Source: Paraspadella gotoi
Taxonomy: Eukaryota; Animalia; Chaetognatha
Assembly (NCBI GenBank): GCA_051294375.1
Contig: CM119265.1
Coordinates: 15,104,963 to 15,168,962, forward strand
DNA: 64,000 bases
Reading direction: 5' to 3'
Shown piece by piece: positions 11,201-23,749 of the stretch. The notes beneath the pieces were generated by a model. The model worked only from the letters and a program-made list of their open reading frames with translations, was not told where the DNA came from and searched no databases. A program made the position numbers and the translations under genes. How positions within the stretch are numbered: position 1 is the stretch's first letter; the number at the start of each line of letters is the position of its first letter.

Positions 11201-13547
11201 CGGTTTTACGCGATTGGTACGTTGAAAGGATACATTCAATTACAATTTGGCATGTTTTTTTATTTAAAACTAAGGAAATGGTTCCCGGACTAATACTGAA
11301 AGGCGTAATTTGTCAATCTCCTGTTGTTCGCTCTATCGCTATTCGCTGTCTCGGGCTCATATGCTTATATTCTATCCGTCAAGCACGAGAGCATCTTGAC
11401 CTCTTTTTCCAGGTTTTGCGCTAATTACAATTGAATAATGAATAGGGTTACCTTAAAAAAAGTTTATTCTTCCAGGCCACTCTGCTAGATACTACAAAGG
11501 TTAAAACGGCTGCGCTTCAAGCGATCTTTGATTGTCTTCTCATCTACGGCATTGCTGCTTTCAGCGAGACCAAGGTCCGATGCGGAGAGCCTTCCGGGAT
11601 CTCTGCCACTGAATCTGTCGACGACGACGAAGAAGCCGAGGAAGGTGACCAAGATGAAGATCCAGACAATCCTCAAGAGGAAGATCCCTTCCAAGAGGCC
11701 TATGAGTTAAACTCATCCCGACAGAGCAGTGGTGTTGGCGACAAATCAAGGTTGTGGAAAGTTTTTTTATTCATTTTAACTATTTTTCGTAATTTCGTAG
11801 TTTTTATTTTTTAATTCCAGATTTATTCGACGAAAGAAAAAGCGTCGAAGCGATGAATCGAACGCGGAGTCGGCGTCTTCGGCCGCTCGCGAATCCGAGG
11901 AGATGTCCAACGCCGTCATGACAATACTCGTTGGATGCCTCGACTCAGATTCCGTCAAAATTCAGGAGGTTACCATTCTCGGATTCGCCAAGCTTCTTCT
12001 TCACGATCGCATCTATTCTGGTGTGACTTGTTGATTATTGGTCGATCATCTGTTTTTTCTTTTCCATGATTCTTTCCCGTAACTGGCCTTATATTTCTGA
12101 TACCAGCTCGTCTTCTATCTCGATTCATCCTACTCTGGTTTAACCCTGCGGCTGAAGATTTTAAAAAGTACATGTCGATATTCATTGAAAAATACGCGCG
12201 TCGCAGTGTGGACCACCAAGAGGCTCTGATGGAAAGCCTCCTGCCAACACTAAACCAGATTACTAAGGCGCCGGAGACGAGTCCCTTGGCCAAGATCGAC
12301 ATAGACAAGGTGTCTTATGAGAAATTCGGGGGAGGAAAGAATCGTTGTGGATTGTGGAATTACTCTTCTCCGAAATTTCTACTGTAGGTCTGCGCCCTTG
12401 TGGTACGTATAACATCGTCATTTGTTCTTTACGAAAAAGCGGAGAAACCGGTTGGGAGCTCGGAAAACTCTGTCCACGACAACCTGGCCCTCTTATTGGC
12501 CAACGAAATTCTCAAAAATCCGCAGGGACCGCTGACCAGGTTTTTAAAACTTCTTTAATATTTATTGAGAGCGCCAGATGACGTGCCAATGACCACAAAT
12601 TTTTTTTGGGATTTCCTTAGACCCTTCCTAACGGCTTTAAATTCTCTTCAATTGACGTCGAATAATCTGGATTTGCTGGAGAATCTGAATGTGCTTGCGC
12701 ATCAGTTGGTGGAGACACCGAAAGATAGATTTATCAAAAGGGTAGCGAGGAAGTTTCAAACGGAGGTGGAGGCTCTCCTGTCGGCGGCCAAGGTTTTTAA
12801 AATAGCGTTTTTAGTTGCGTAAGAGCAGATTATCAAAGAATGTTTAAAATGTATATAAAGACCACTCCCTCAAGTATTAGATAGGGGAATACTATATTGT
12901 ACTCCGCCCAGCATCAAAATACAACCAATATAAAATTATCCATTAATAAATAAGCTATAATATTCTGATTACATTTTTCCAAAAAATTTTTCAGGAAAGT
13001 GCGGCCGGACCTTCTCTTGACGAATCTCTCGATACTGGGGAAATTAACATTTCACAAAAGTCAGTGGCGGTTTCTGTCAATAACAAGCTCGTCAACGATT
13101 CGGTGGAAGATGAGCAGAATAAATCACCAATGGAGGAGGACGACGTTGATGAAGCCGATTTAGAACAAGAGGAGTTGGAAGAGGATAAAGATGAGGAAGA
13201 AACCTCTCTAAGTAAGCCGCTTTATGAAGACGACTGCCAAGAACTCCTTAATGATTAATAACCCCGACTTAACAGAGCGAAAAGTGCGTCAGGACGTCCG
13301 AGCCAAACGATCTCTAGGCAAAATCGTGGCCGAGATGGAAGACAACCAGGGCTTTCCCGATCTCGCAAGCGGTTCTGGCGAGTCCATCTCAAGCAAGGCT
13401 ACGAGATCAACTGCTCAGGGTAAGCACAAACACAGTCCTTCAAGCAACGTCACGACTTCGAACGACGATAGCGAATCCAGCTCCTCCAATAAAAGGAAGC
13501 CCGCGAAAAAGAAGAGGAAGAAGTCGGGAAAGAGCGGGAACAAATGA
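5243..13547 (+). CDS. NCAPG: Condensin I HEAT subunit CAP-G, many exons
   Basis: EPVVERTIKFIA, DKAVRFRLCQII, RMKDRNPTIRQQAALALHRLQD, DPVADVRR, RRTVDTNESVRKAAY, GFAKLLL, LLSRFILLWFNP, VHDNLA; acidic/basic tail; last intron 13212-13274. Confidence 0.93.
5382..5566. mobile_element. MITE in NCAPG intron 1, with internal TAACC(C) repeats
   Basis: TIR-like ends GGGTAAAATTTTTGTTTCGCCGACCGGG / CCCGGTCGGCGAAAGTAAAATCACGCC; same family at 48193-48381. Confidence 0.7.
6500..8530. repeat. Dispersed non-autonomous repeat (possibly Helentron/HINE-like) interrupted by a nested MITE
   Basis: 6600-6790 plus 7929-8200 match 39380-39780 contiguously; end motif GCGA(C/T)GATCCTTAT..TT.AGATTTTT also at ~40031 and ~51590. 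Confidence 0.6.
6792..7928. mobile_element. TAGGG-ended non-autonomous DNA element nested in another repeat
   Basis: TIRs TAGGGACGTCTGG / CCAGACTACCCTA; the homologous repeat at ~39550 shows the empty site. Confidence 0.7.
9005..9072 (+). ncRNA. Intronic box C/D snoRNA with guide to the 28S UUGAAACACGGA segment (U18-site neighbour)
   Basis: Terminal stem TGCCT/AGGCA; C ATGATGC 9010, D' CTGA 9034, C' ATGATTA 9045, D CTGA 9065; 12-nt guide TCCGTGTTTCAA. Confidence 0.88.
10243..10627 (+). ncRNA. Candidate structured intronic RNA (long closing stem, possible pseudoknot, 3' ACA)
   Basis: GC-rich complementary islands at both ends of an AT-rich 503-nt intron; ACA at 10622. Confidence 0.35.
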
Positions 13548-13768
13548 AATGGTTGGAATGTTATAAAATGCGATGCTGATATTAGCGTTTATTCCTCCTT
13601 TCCGCTAGTCGGTTTTTTTCCCAGCGACACTATTTTTATACAGTTATACAAAATATCGTTCAAAATTGTGTTTTTCTTTTAAAACTTTAGCATTTTCATG
13701 AATCTCTTAACCCGGCGTGGACATTTAATTCAAGAACGACAAAGAAATTAATCAAATTCTTTTCTACG

Positions 13769-14657
13769 ATGACGACCGCCTTGACTCGAGGGGCGTTGAT
13801 CGTCCTCGAAGGCGTCGACAAGAGTGGCAAATCAACGCAGTGCAAGCACCTCGTCAAAAATCTTTGCTCGCGAGGATTTTCTAGTGAATTGTGGAGATTC
13901 CCAGAGCGCAGCACGGCCGTTGGGAAGGTCATTAATGATTATCTCGAGAAAAATATCGAACTTGAGGTTAGATTGATACGGGATGCTGGATGTCTTCTTT
14001 ATTTTTTTCCTCCGTTCTTTGTTTTATCTTTTTTTCGTCACCCCATCCAGGACCATGCTGTTCACTTGTTGTTTTCGGCAAATCGTTGGGAGTCAGTTCC
14101 TCGCATGAAATCTCTCATCGATTCGGGCGTGACTTTGGTTGTCGACCGCTACGCCTACTCCGGTGTGGCCTTTACTTCCGCAAAGGAAGGCTTTATTACC
14201 GAATGGTGTCGAACACCCGACGTTGGTCTCCCGGAACCTGACCTCGTCATCTATTTGACTCTAGATCCAAAACTTGCGGCGTCGAGGGGAGACTTTGGAG
14301 GAGAGAGATACGAGCGGACCGAGTTTCAAATCAAAGTTCAACAAAATTTTGCCAGGTGATTAGTTTAGCTTTGAAAATTAGGAAAGACGGGGGGGGGGAA
14401 CAAAAAAAAGAAAAATGTATCGTTACGATCACTTGGTTAGTTTGATGGATAACTCGTGGAAGATTGTGGAAGCGTCGCGATCCGTGGAGGAAATCGAAGA
14501 GGAGGTCCTCCAACATTCCCTTCAGTCCATTCGTCAGTGTTGCGGAAAGCCTCTCGGTCGATTATGGACGCCGCAGTCTTCAACCAAACCAGAATCCTCT
14601 GTTGGTGACCAAGAGAACAACAAAAACTTTGTCAATGTCGCTGTCCAAGCGTCGTGA
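13769..14657 (+). CDS. DTYMK: Thymidylate kinase, 3 exons
   Basis: RGALIVLEGVDKSGKSTQ P-loop, RFPERST, HLLFSANRWE, VVDRYAYSGVAF, GLPEPDLV, FGGERYE. Confidence 0.96.
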
Positions 14658-14853
14658 AGTATTATTGCAATACCAACGATAGAATTTACATCCATTAAAC
14701 TGACGACTTGCATAATAGTCATTTTGTTGATTTACATTCCGTTCTATTTTTATACGTATTTTTTTCTCCATTTTCAGTTGAACCTAAGCAATAAATGCAT
14801 TGAGTGCATTAAATTTGATTTTACCGAAAACTGAGATTTGAAATCAGACTGAC

Positions 14854-17800
14854 ATGGCTTCGAAGACTTGGGAGGGGGGCCTTCGCGGGACCAACCCTTC
14901 GAGGAAAAAGGAAAAGCAAAACATCTCGGTATTTGTTCGCTGTCGGCCTTTTAACGAAGAGGAAAAGCGAAATTCTGTGGCGAAAGTTGTCAATTGCAAC
15001 CACAACGATGTCGAGGTAAGTTTTTTTGTTATTTTTCGGGATTACTGCTTTCGATTTGATATTGTTTGGCAATAATATGTGGCCATCATTTCGAATTCAG
15101 TTAAAAGAAAGAGCGACCGGCGTTGGTGGACAACATTTAACAAAGAAGTTTGTCTTCGATCGAGTCTTTTCTCCAACGTCCGACCAGATCGAAGTTTACC
15201 AAGAAGTCGTCGCTCCCGTCGTTAAAGAGGCTTTGCTAGGTCGGACATTCTCTCCTTTTACGAGGAAAAGTTATCGCCTCGCATGAAATAATATGATTTA
15301 TAACTGTTTAGGTTATAATTGTACCATCTTCGCCTACGGCCAAACCGGCACCGGCAAGACTTTCACGATGGAAGGAGAACGCTCTGAGGAATCGTACACT
15401 TGGGATGCCGATCCCGCTGTCCGGGGTCATCCCTCGGTGCATTCACCAGATCTTCGACACTTTGGAATCGGCAGGTTAATTTCCAAATGGATTCTGATTA
15501 AAATCATCGGTTACTTATTATTTATTACAACAGGAACGGAATTCGCCGTTCGTGTCTCATACATGGAACTTTACACGAGGATCTCTTCGATCTGCTTTCG
15601 AAAGCGACAACGTCGAAACGGGGATGAAGCTAAAGTTGTTCGAAGACAATCAGAAGGCACTCGTTATCCAAAATCTGTCTGAAAAATCGGTCAGAAATAA
15701 ACACGAAGTCATACAAATATTAGCTAAGGGGCAGCGCCAAACGTAAAACAGCCGAAACACAAAATGAACGCTCACAGTTCAAGGTAATTCACCTAAAGTT
15801 ATTCTTTTAAAGGTTTTGCAATAAACATTTAACTACTAGTGCTGTTTTATATAAGGTCCCACTCGATATTTATGATAACGATTCATATGAAAGAATACAA
15901 CGTCAACGGAGAGGAAGAACTCATCAAGACGGCGAAACTTAACCTTGTTGACCTCGCAGGTAAAGTTGGCCAGTCATTCAATCAAAGTCAATCATCTTTA
16001 TTCTTGTTAAAAATTAGGGGCTGAGAGCATCGGAAAAGCCGAATCAAAGTTGTTTAAAACTCCGACTAAAGTCGCTTCCAGAGAGAGATCCAGATTATCA
16101 TTTAGTAACCGTCGCTAGATTTTTGCTTGAAGGAATGAATGCAAGATCGTATTTTTCTTGCCCGTTCCAGGTTCGGAAAACATTGGCCGATCCGGTGCTA
16201 CGGGCGTTCGTAAGGCTGAAGCTGGAAACATTAACCAGTCGCTACTGACACTTGGCCGCGTAATTACCGCGCTCGTTGATAGGACACCTCATGTACCTTA
16301 TAGGTAGGTTGTCTGATTCTAGCGGTAATTTTTTTTTTTACTAGTTTTTGTTAAGCAAAGGTAATATTGTCTTATTTTTAGGGAATCCAAGTTGACAAGG
16401 TTGTTGCAAGAATCATTGGGCGGTAAAACCAAGACTACGATCATCGCCACCATCTCACCTGGGTATAATAATATGGAAGAAACTCTCAGCACCCTTGACT
16501 ACGCTCACAGGTTCGAATTAAAACGTCATAAGGTGCGTAATTTCTTTTCCTAAAAACAAATTCTTGCACTCAGAGCCAAGAACATAACGAACAAACCGGA
16601 AGTGAACCAGAAATTGACGAAAAAGGCACTGATCAAACAGTATGAAGACGAAATCGAAAAGCTTAAGCGCGACCTTGCTGCCACGCGGGAAAAGAATGGG
16701 TTCTTTATAGCCGAAGAAAATTACGAGAGGATGAAAAACCAGTTGGAGATGAACGAGGAAATAGTCAAACAGTTGGAAGAAAGCATCGAGGCAAAAGAGC
16801 AGAGTAAAGCCCAGTAAGTTTTGGAATTTTTGATCAGCTTGCGCTTTCCAGCTTTCTTTGCTGATATATAAAAAAAAAACTATTAAAAAAAATTTCATTT
16901 CAGTTACGAGTCGCTTTTCCTCAATGCTTCGACCAAATTGGAGGAGTCGCAAAACAGACTGGCGGCAACTAGAAACGCCTTATCAGAGGTAATCAATCTA
17001 TAGTTTTCTATTTAATTAAAACTTCTGTAATATTTAAAATCCGCCAAACGATCCTCAGGTCCACGAAAAGCTGAAGTTGAATCGCCGACAGCGGGACGAG
17101 AAGGCGGCTGTAGTAAAGGAATTGGAAGAGGCGGAGAAGCGACTATATGGGGATCTCAAAACAATGATCAACATCGCCGACGACGAGAAAGAAAACCTTG
17201 AGGGAGTACACGACAAGTTAGACCGACAACGCGAAGTCGATCGTAAGAACGAGGTGGGTATAAAGCCCAAATTCTTATATTTAAACCTTTCTTTGTAAAC
17301 TCCATTTTTCGAGCGTCTTCTGGGTTTGTTTTCAGAAAATCCTGAAATCGCACGCGGAACAATTTTCGGGCGTTGTCAACGACTTAAAAAAAAGTTATCA
17401 TAATATCCTAAGAAATCAAGAGTTGAAGAACGAGTCGCTCATTTCTTACGTTAGGGAAACCTCTGAGAAACAAGTGGCCGCGATTGAAAACTCCAAGGTC
17501 AGTGGGATAGTTCTATTGATGATAAAATTTCGCTTCTGCAAGACTTGCAATAATCGCCGACTGTTTTATTAGGGAGTTTTAAAAAGCTTGTCGATGCATT
17601 TGGAGAATTGTATTTCTAAAGAGTCGAAGGAGGAAAACAACTTGCAGTCATTTTTGAAAGATTTGACGGAAATCTCGGAGGATGGTTTTAAGGTTTGCAT
17701 TTCGTTTCCATACGTTTTACTTACGTCCCAATTTGTAATTCGCTGGAACTTTCATTTTCTTAGTCGTTGGAACAATATATGAACAGTTCTTTAACCAAGT

Positions 17801-20800
17801 ACATAATCGAGGTGATGGCCGAAGTATCCACCCAGCTCTCTCGACAGCAAGAAAGTATTACAACCTCGATCGACTCCACCATCACCAGAACGCGCGAACA
17901 AATTGAATCAATTCGAAGGTTACAGGTTCGTCTAGATCAGGTTTGCTTTAGATCGCCACAGTCGCTTATTTTGCTTTTAATTTTCACAGGAAAGTCACTT
18001 AAAGAAAATAGAAGAGTTAAAGGGGATGAACCAATCGCAAGAACAGGAAAGACAGAAATCAAACGTGAAACAGCGCGAAAAGATGGAGAACTTAAGACGT
18101 CAGGTAATTTTGTTAAAACGCTAATCTCCAAGCAATATAAAACAGATACCCCAAAAATTGATAAGATAGGATGTACCAATTGGGTATGATTTTTGTATGG
18201 AAGTATAAAAAAAGTTTTTTAAAAAAATTTATGGAATCGTGCGAATGTAAATGGGTTTAAATAAAAAAGATAATTTACAAAAGAGTTTTTATTTTCTTTA
18301 TAACGTTTATTTTTGAATATCGTACATGTTTCGGTTTTGTTTACAAACCTTCATCAGCGCTCTTATACTTTGTAAATTAATCTCGAAAAACAACGAAAGA
18401 TAACATCTTTTATAATCATTACAATGCAGTGACTCGAAAATAAATATTTGGAGAAAAATTCAATTTGTCAAAAACGCATATTACAAAAAAAAGAACAAAA
18501 ATAAAAATAGTAAAAATAATAATTACATTAAAACTACTGTATATTAAGGCGGAACAAAGTAAAAACTAAGAGTTCTGTAATATAAATAACGTTAAAGCAT
18601 CCCTGTGGGATGACGAAATTTTAAAAAAATTTATGATTTTATATATAGTTAATAACATGGCATTTAAAGTTTATTTTATTATTATAAATGATAAAGATTT
18701 TTTTTCAAAATCAGAATTTTTAAAAACGGATTCAGTAAACATTAAAAAAATAAATAAAAATATTACTACAAGATTTATAAATTTTTTTGTTTTGGTTTTA
18801 TGGCTTTTAGGAGAAATTAGGCAAAAAGCTATAGGTAGAAATTTGATGGTATCTACGGATGGGATGATGATGATGTTTAATTAGAAGCTTTTCTCATTTA
18901 CGTTTGATCGCCCACATTACTCATCAGAAGAGTATGTGAAAAGTGAGCAAGTTATTATTACTTATGTGCAGGATGTAAGCATTTTCTATGGGCTTAGTCT
19001 GAGAACCGTTCTGTGAAAAAATAAAGATTCTGTTGTAAAAGTTTTTTGGTTCAGGTTGCTTATGGCAATGAATTGATAATGTGCATTGATAATATTATAA
19101 TTGCTTCAATGTTAATTATCTGTGCGTTCAAGGTTTAAAAAATGTGATAGTAAGATTATTGAATTAAGTGTATTATGATGACAGAAGGTAATTTATATTA
19201 GGGACCAAGCTCAGATGATTAGATATAAAATTTCGACTATTAGTAATTGTATTTTTAAGTTGTCTTGACTAAAATAGTTTTAAGGGCAATCATTTTCAAA
19301 AAAAAAAAATTACGGATTATATCGTCTTGATTGAATACAGATCCATTAAATATTTACTTGTCTTTTTTAACATTAATTAGTAAAAATTTTTTTTGAAACT
19401 TAAATTTGTGGAGTCTGAGTTCGAGGGCATAAAAAGGATTATAAGCTAAGGAAATATATGATTACAAGCTTTAAAAATTCCTTCTGATGCGTATTCTATG
19501 TTAAATAAAATAAGACCTAATAAAATTTACTCGAGAAGGATTATGAATGGATTGTATTTTAAAGGTTTTTTCTATTTTTGACTCACGATTAACATGGAAA
19601 ATATTTAAAAGATTATACTTTGTGTAAGATACTTTTATGAGCTATCTGAGATCTGGGCCTTAAAAATTTAAGAAATGTCTGGAAAAAAATTTTGGCCTTC
19701 TATTTATATTAATAGGATATAAATTGTAAGAAATTAGAGTTATTTGGGTTTAGAGCCACATACAGAATGTTTTGTCCATTGGAAAGTGATACATCGTAAA
19801 TTTGTATAGAATTTCTTCGTTTGAGCATGGTAATAATTCTAATTTTTAAGACGTCACTCCGGCGCATTGATGTGGTGGGCTAAGACCGATATTATATTAC
19901 AGAACTCTTAATGAAAAAAAGTGATCGCAATTTTGGCCCGCCTTACTTAAGTCTATATCGCTGCAATTGACTGCAATGATTATAAAAAATTACACTCAAT
20001 TAAACCTTAATCACTAAAACCTTAATAACCATGAAGTCAAAAACCGAAAACTGTTATATTAGTCACTATTAATGTATTATAACCAACAATATAACTAGCC
20101 TGTAACTATAACAGTTTCCACAACCACCGTAACAAACAACATAACCACTGTAAACATACCACAATCGTACAAAATCATTTCAACCTTTTTCTTATTTGAA
20201 ATCTTAATAAGAATTTACGAAATGTTTAAAACATCAAAAGTCAGGTTATTAGAACAGACAGATTTTTCCGTCACAAATGGTGCTATAGAAACTGTCGGAA
20301 AACCACCAGTTCGATTTCGAAAATAAAATTCGTCGGTTTCGTTTGGGTATATAAGTGTTATTTAAAGTAATTTCTAGAAGAATATTTCGGGACTTGAACC
20401 GCTAGGCGAGTTGAAAAGCAACTAGTAGCAACATTCCAAATTGGAGAACTCTTTCTCAGTTACAATATTTATTATTTCTTTCGATATAATTTAATGTTAA
20501 TTTTATTAAATTCTGCTGACTGATAGATAGCTTATTATTTGTTGTTAATTATTGTATTAAGAATAATGCTTCTTTTACAGACAGTCTCCATTATATCATG
20601 AGAACATCTCGTGTCTGGCTAGCAGGGACCCGGATGTGTTTCCTCTGTTGGCCCGAAATTTGGTAATTTTGGGCAAAGCGCTTAGGCGGAAGCTTCGAAC
20701 CAACGCCGGCAGATGCCACCAAGAAAGGGCAGCCCCCCCCGCAAAGTTAAAAATTGGGGGATAATAAAAAAAAAAAAATAAAAAATAAAACGGTTTCTTT

Positions 20801-23749
20801 GAGCATTTTTAAAACACGTGGCAGCCCAAGAAACGCGAGGACGAGATAAAAATGAGACTGCTTATGTTCGTGCAGCTTCTTAGAATTATATTAACCTTTG
20901 GAAGCTAGAGGGTGGAACGCGCGACATTCCTTTGCTTCACCTGAAAACAATTCGATAGAACTAAAAGGAAGAACTAAGGAAAAGATTAACGTCAATATTT
21001 CACTAAAAATATGACATTGTAAGAGTAAATTAGATAAATAATCTATGCACTAAAATGCTTATGTAGGTTGCCAGATTTATTATGATTTTATAAAAAATCG
21101 AATTATCATTAATATATTGCCAAAAGCACACATTATAATAAAATTAAAAGTGAATAGTTCAGTTTTGATCTCGTTCTTTTTCTTTGGCAAGAAGCTCAAG
21201 CTTCATTCTGCAAAGGCTAAGCACGATACAATCACGCTATCACTCACGGATACAATCACTCGCGCTCTACAGTTCTCTGCTCGAAATCTGATCGTTGGTG
21301 ATTCTGGTGCGTTGTTGCAGTGCTACAGCAGCAGAAAGAAAATGGATTGTCTTAATGGTGATAGTCTTATTAGCAGTCTTGTACAATTCAATTTTTTATT
21401 ACTGGTTCTGCTGTCCATTCATGCAGGATGCTACGCCTTCTTACTCTCCTTCCATTCAATGAAGATCTAAATGGGCGTGCGATCAAGGGAGGTCGCTGAT
21501 GGGGCCGCATGCATGGAGCTGTAAGAAGATTTGATTTAACATACGCGAATATCTTTTCTGGCCACAGTACGGTCTATTCTCGCTATTGGCCTTCAAAAAA
21601 AGTCTCAAACTCAACTAGAATGTCGATGGCTGAAGCCCTCTTGAGTCTCTGAAAGGTCCAAGTAGATGAATGGGAAAGCAGGAAATTACCATGGCTATAT
21701 GAAACAGCAAATCTATGAGAGATTACGTTCGGCTGAATTCATGGCTTATTTTTTCAGGTTCAATTTGGCAATATTTTATCAATAATTTTTTATATTTAAT
21801 TATAATCTAATTTCAATGACTATTATAATTATATACAAGCAGCTTAGTCACTTTGAGACGCCATCTTTTTTGGTCGAAACATTTGATGGAAAGATATGTA
21901 AATGATAACAGCCAACTATCCACTCATGGTCTGCAAGCTTGTAATGGATTTTTGCCACTTCAATGATGGCTTGCGGAGAGGGTGGTTAGAATTTGCAATG
22001 ATTACAAATGGTTACAAATAACCCGTAATAAAATGGCAACAGATGAAGCAATGCTTCAGGGCATTGGAAGAGACATGCGTCGAATCCTCTACCCGCTAAA
22101 GCCAAACAAAGTGTCCTATGAACTTCAAGTTTAAAAGATTCCCAGGTTAAACAAAACAACGCAAGAAATTGTTTGCCTCTGCCCGTCACTTTCATGAGAG
22201 AAAGATGAAATTGGTCTTAAAAATTATTAAAAATTACACTTTCCGGTATATTTTTGCTTAATACTTTTTTATTATTTTTTGAATAGATGTACACTACATC
22301 GGGAGTTTTTACCATTCATTGTCAATCCATATTGATGAAAATCAGCATAAGATCCCTTCGTTTCAAAAATAAACGTAAATCAATGAAATCTGACGCATGT
22401 GGAGACTTCGAATGCCGCTGGGGTCAGCGAAAATCTGTTTAATAGTTAAAGTCATATAGGCACATCATTCGAAAAGAGAATTTTATTTCGAAATCGAATT
22501 GTGTGGTTTTCCGAAAGTTTCTATGACCATTTGTTGCGGAAAAAAATGTGTCTAAATTCATTATCTGATAAGCTGATTATATCTAAATTACTGCTTACAG
22601 AGCCGACGTTGTTTGCTCAAACTTGTTTTTAATTCAGTCAATTTTACAATGAAAGTTGCTTTGCCCTTGTTTTGAAAAATAATTTGCTTGGTTTCATTGA
22701 AGATGATGGAAGGCTGGACTGAAGCAATGGAAGGATTGACCGCAATGGACTCCGAATCTAAATTACAAGCCCAATCTTTAAATACTGAAATTCAAGGAAC
22801 AGTCGAAGAATTCTCAGAAAATATTTCGGCTTTAAGGTTAGGAATAAAACTGAAGATGGTTATCTGCTTCGTCAATCATATTCCTTTGCAACTGTTATTA
22901 GTTCCGCTGAAAATACGACAAAAGAAGAATGCGTCAAATTTGGTGAGGAAGCGAAATCTAGTTTCCCCTCCGTACAAGCGTCGGCAGACAAAATTTCCGA
23001 AAACGTTGAAGGGATGAGGAGCGAATACGCTGCCAAGTCAAAGCGCCGACTGAAGGAAGTGAAAAAGATCATCAAGTCCTCGTCAGATATTGTCGAGGAA
23101 GTACACATTCAGGTGATAATGTCAGGAACAAACTCTTGTTAAGAAATGTATTTTTCTCATTGACAAACATATTTATTTATAAAGACACGTTTTCTTTAAG
23201 GCTCGAGAGGTGCTGACCTCTCAGTCGGAGGATTTGGATCAGCAGGCTTCGCTACCTCATCAACTGGAGGCCGCTTTGAGGCAAGGACTGCGTAGCCAAG
23301 TTGCCCTGGCGGCGGATGACACTAAGGATGTCTGCACGAAGCTCGATGCGCTCGATCGGCATGAGACGAAATTCACTTCCGAAGAAATCGCCAAGAATAT
23401 TCCGACGGGTGAAAAAAAAGATTTCTTGAATATGGAATATCAAGACTGTTGCCATATCAATGCACGTTTTTTCTTCGCAGGTCGGACGCCCAAACGAAAA
23501 AATTTCCGTTACCCACCGGCCGATACTGTGTTGCGCGCTCGGGATCCCAACACTATCGTGGAGGAGTTCGAAGAGAATTACCAACTCTCTGAGTCAATCC
23601 TCAATCCCTTTGATCTATCGTTCGATTCTGCGACGGAAGAAGATGCCGCCTCTACGGCTACTGCTGATTCGGGAAGACCCAGAAGTCGAGAAGGCCAAGA
23701 GGGAGCAAACGGTTACGGCAGGGGCGTTTTGGCGGCCAAACAAGTCTGA
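14854..23749 (+). CDS. KIF11: Kinesin-5 (Eg5/Klp61F), many exons, long TE-filled intron ~18103-22703; several small indels in the motor exons
   Basis: [83 protein letters not shown]; BimC box PTGRTPKR spliced across 23409-23480. Confidence 0.96.
16018..16104 (+). other. Putative 87-nt in-frame cassette exon in KIF11 switch II/loop 11
   Basis: AG at 16016-17 and GTAACC at 16105 split a 211-nt intron into 58 + 66 nt introns; encodes (G)[28 protein letters not shown](S). Confidence 0.6.
18163..22555 (+). mobile_element. Decayed hATm-like DNA transposon in the KIF11 intron (transposase remnants ~20600-22200)
   Basis: Fragments read GKP..P...L.DYVSA.SWLFF and ND.AERVVKFA.DY.....R....EAMLQGIE; internal inverted repeat 20260-20400 / 22400-22555; the partner copy ends in a TAGGGTG terminus. 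Confidence 0.55.
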
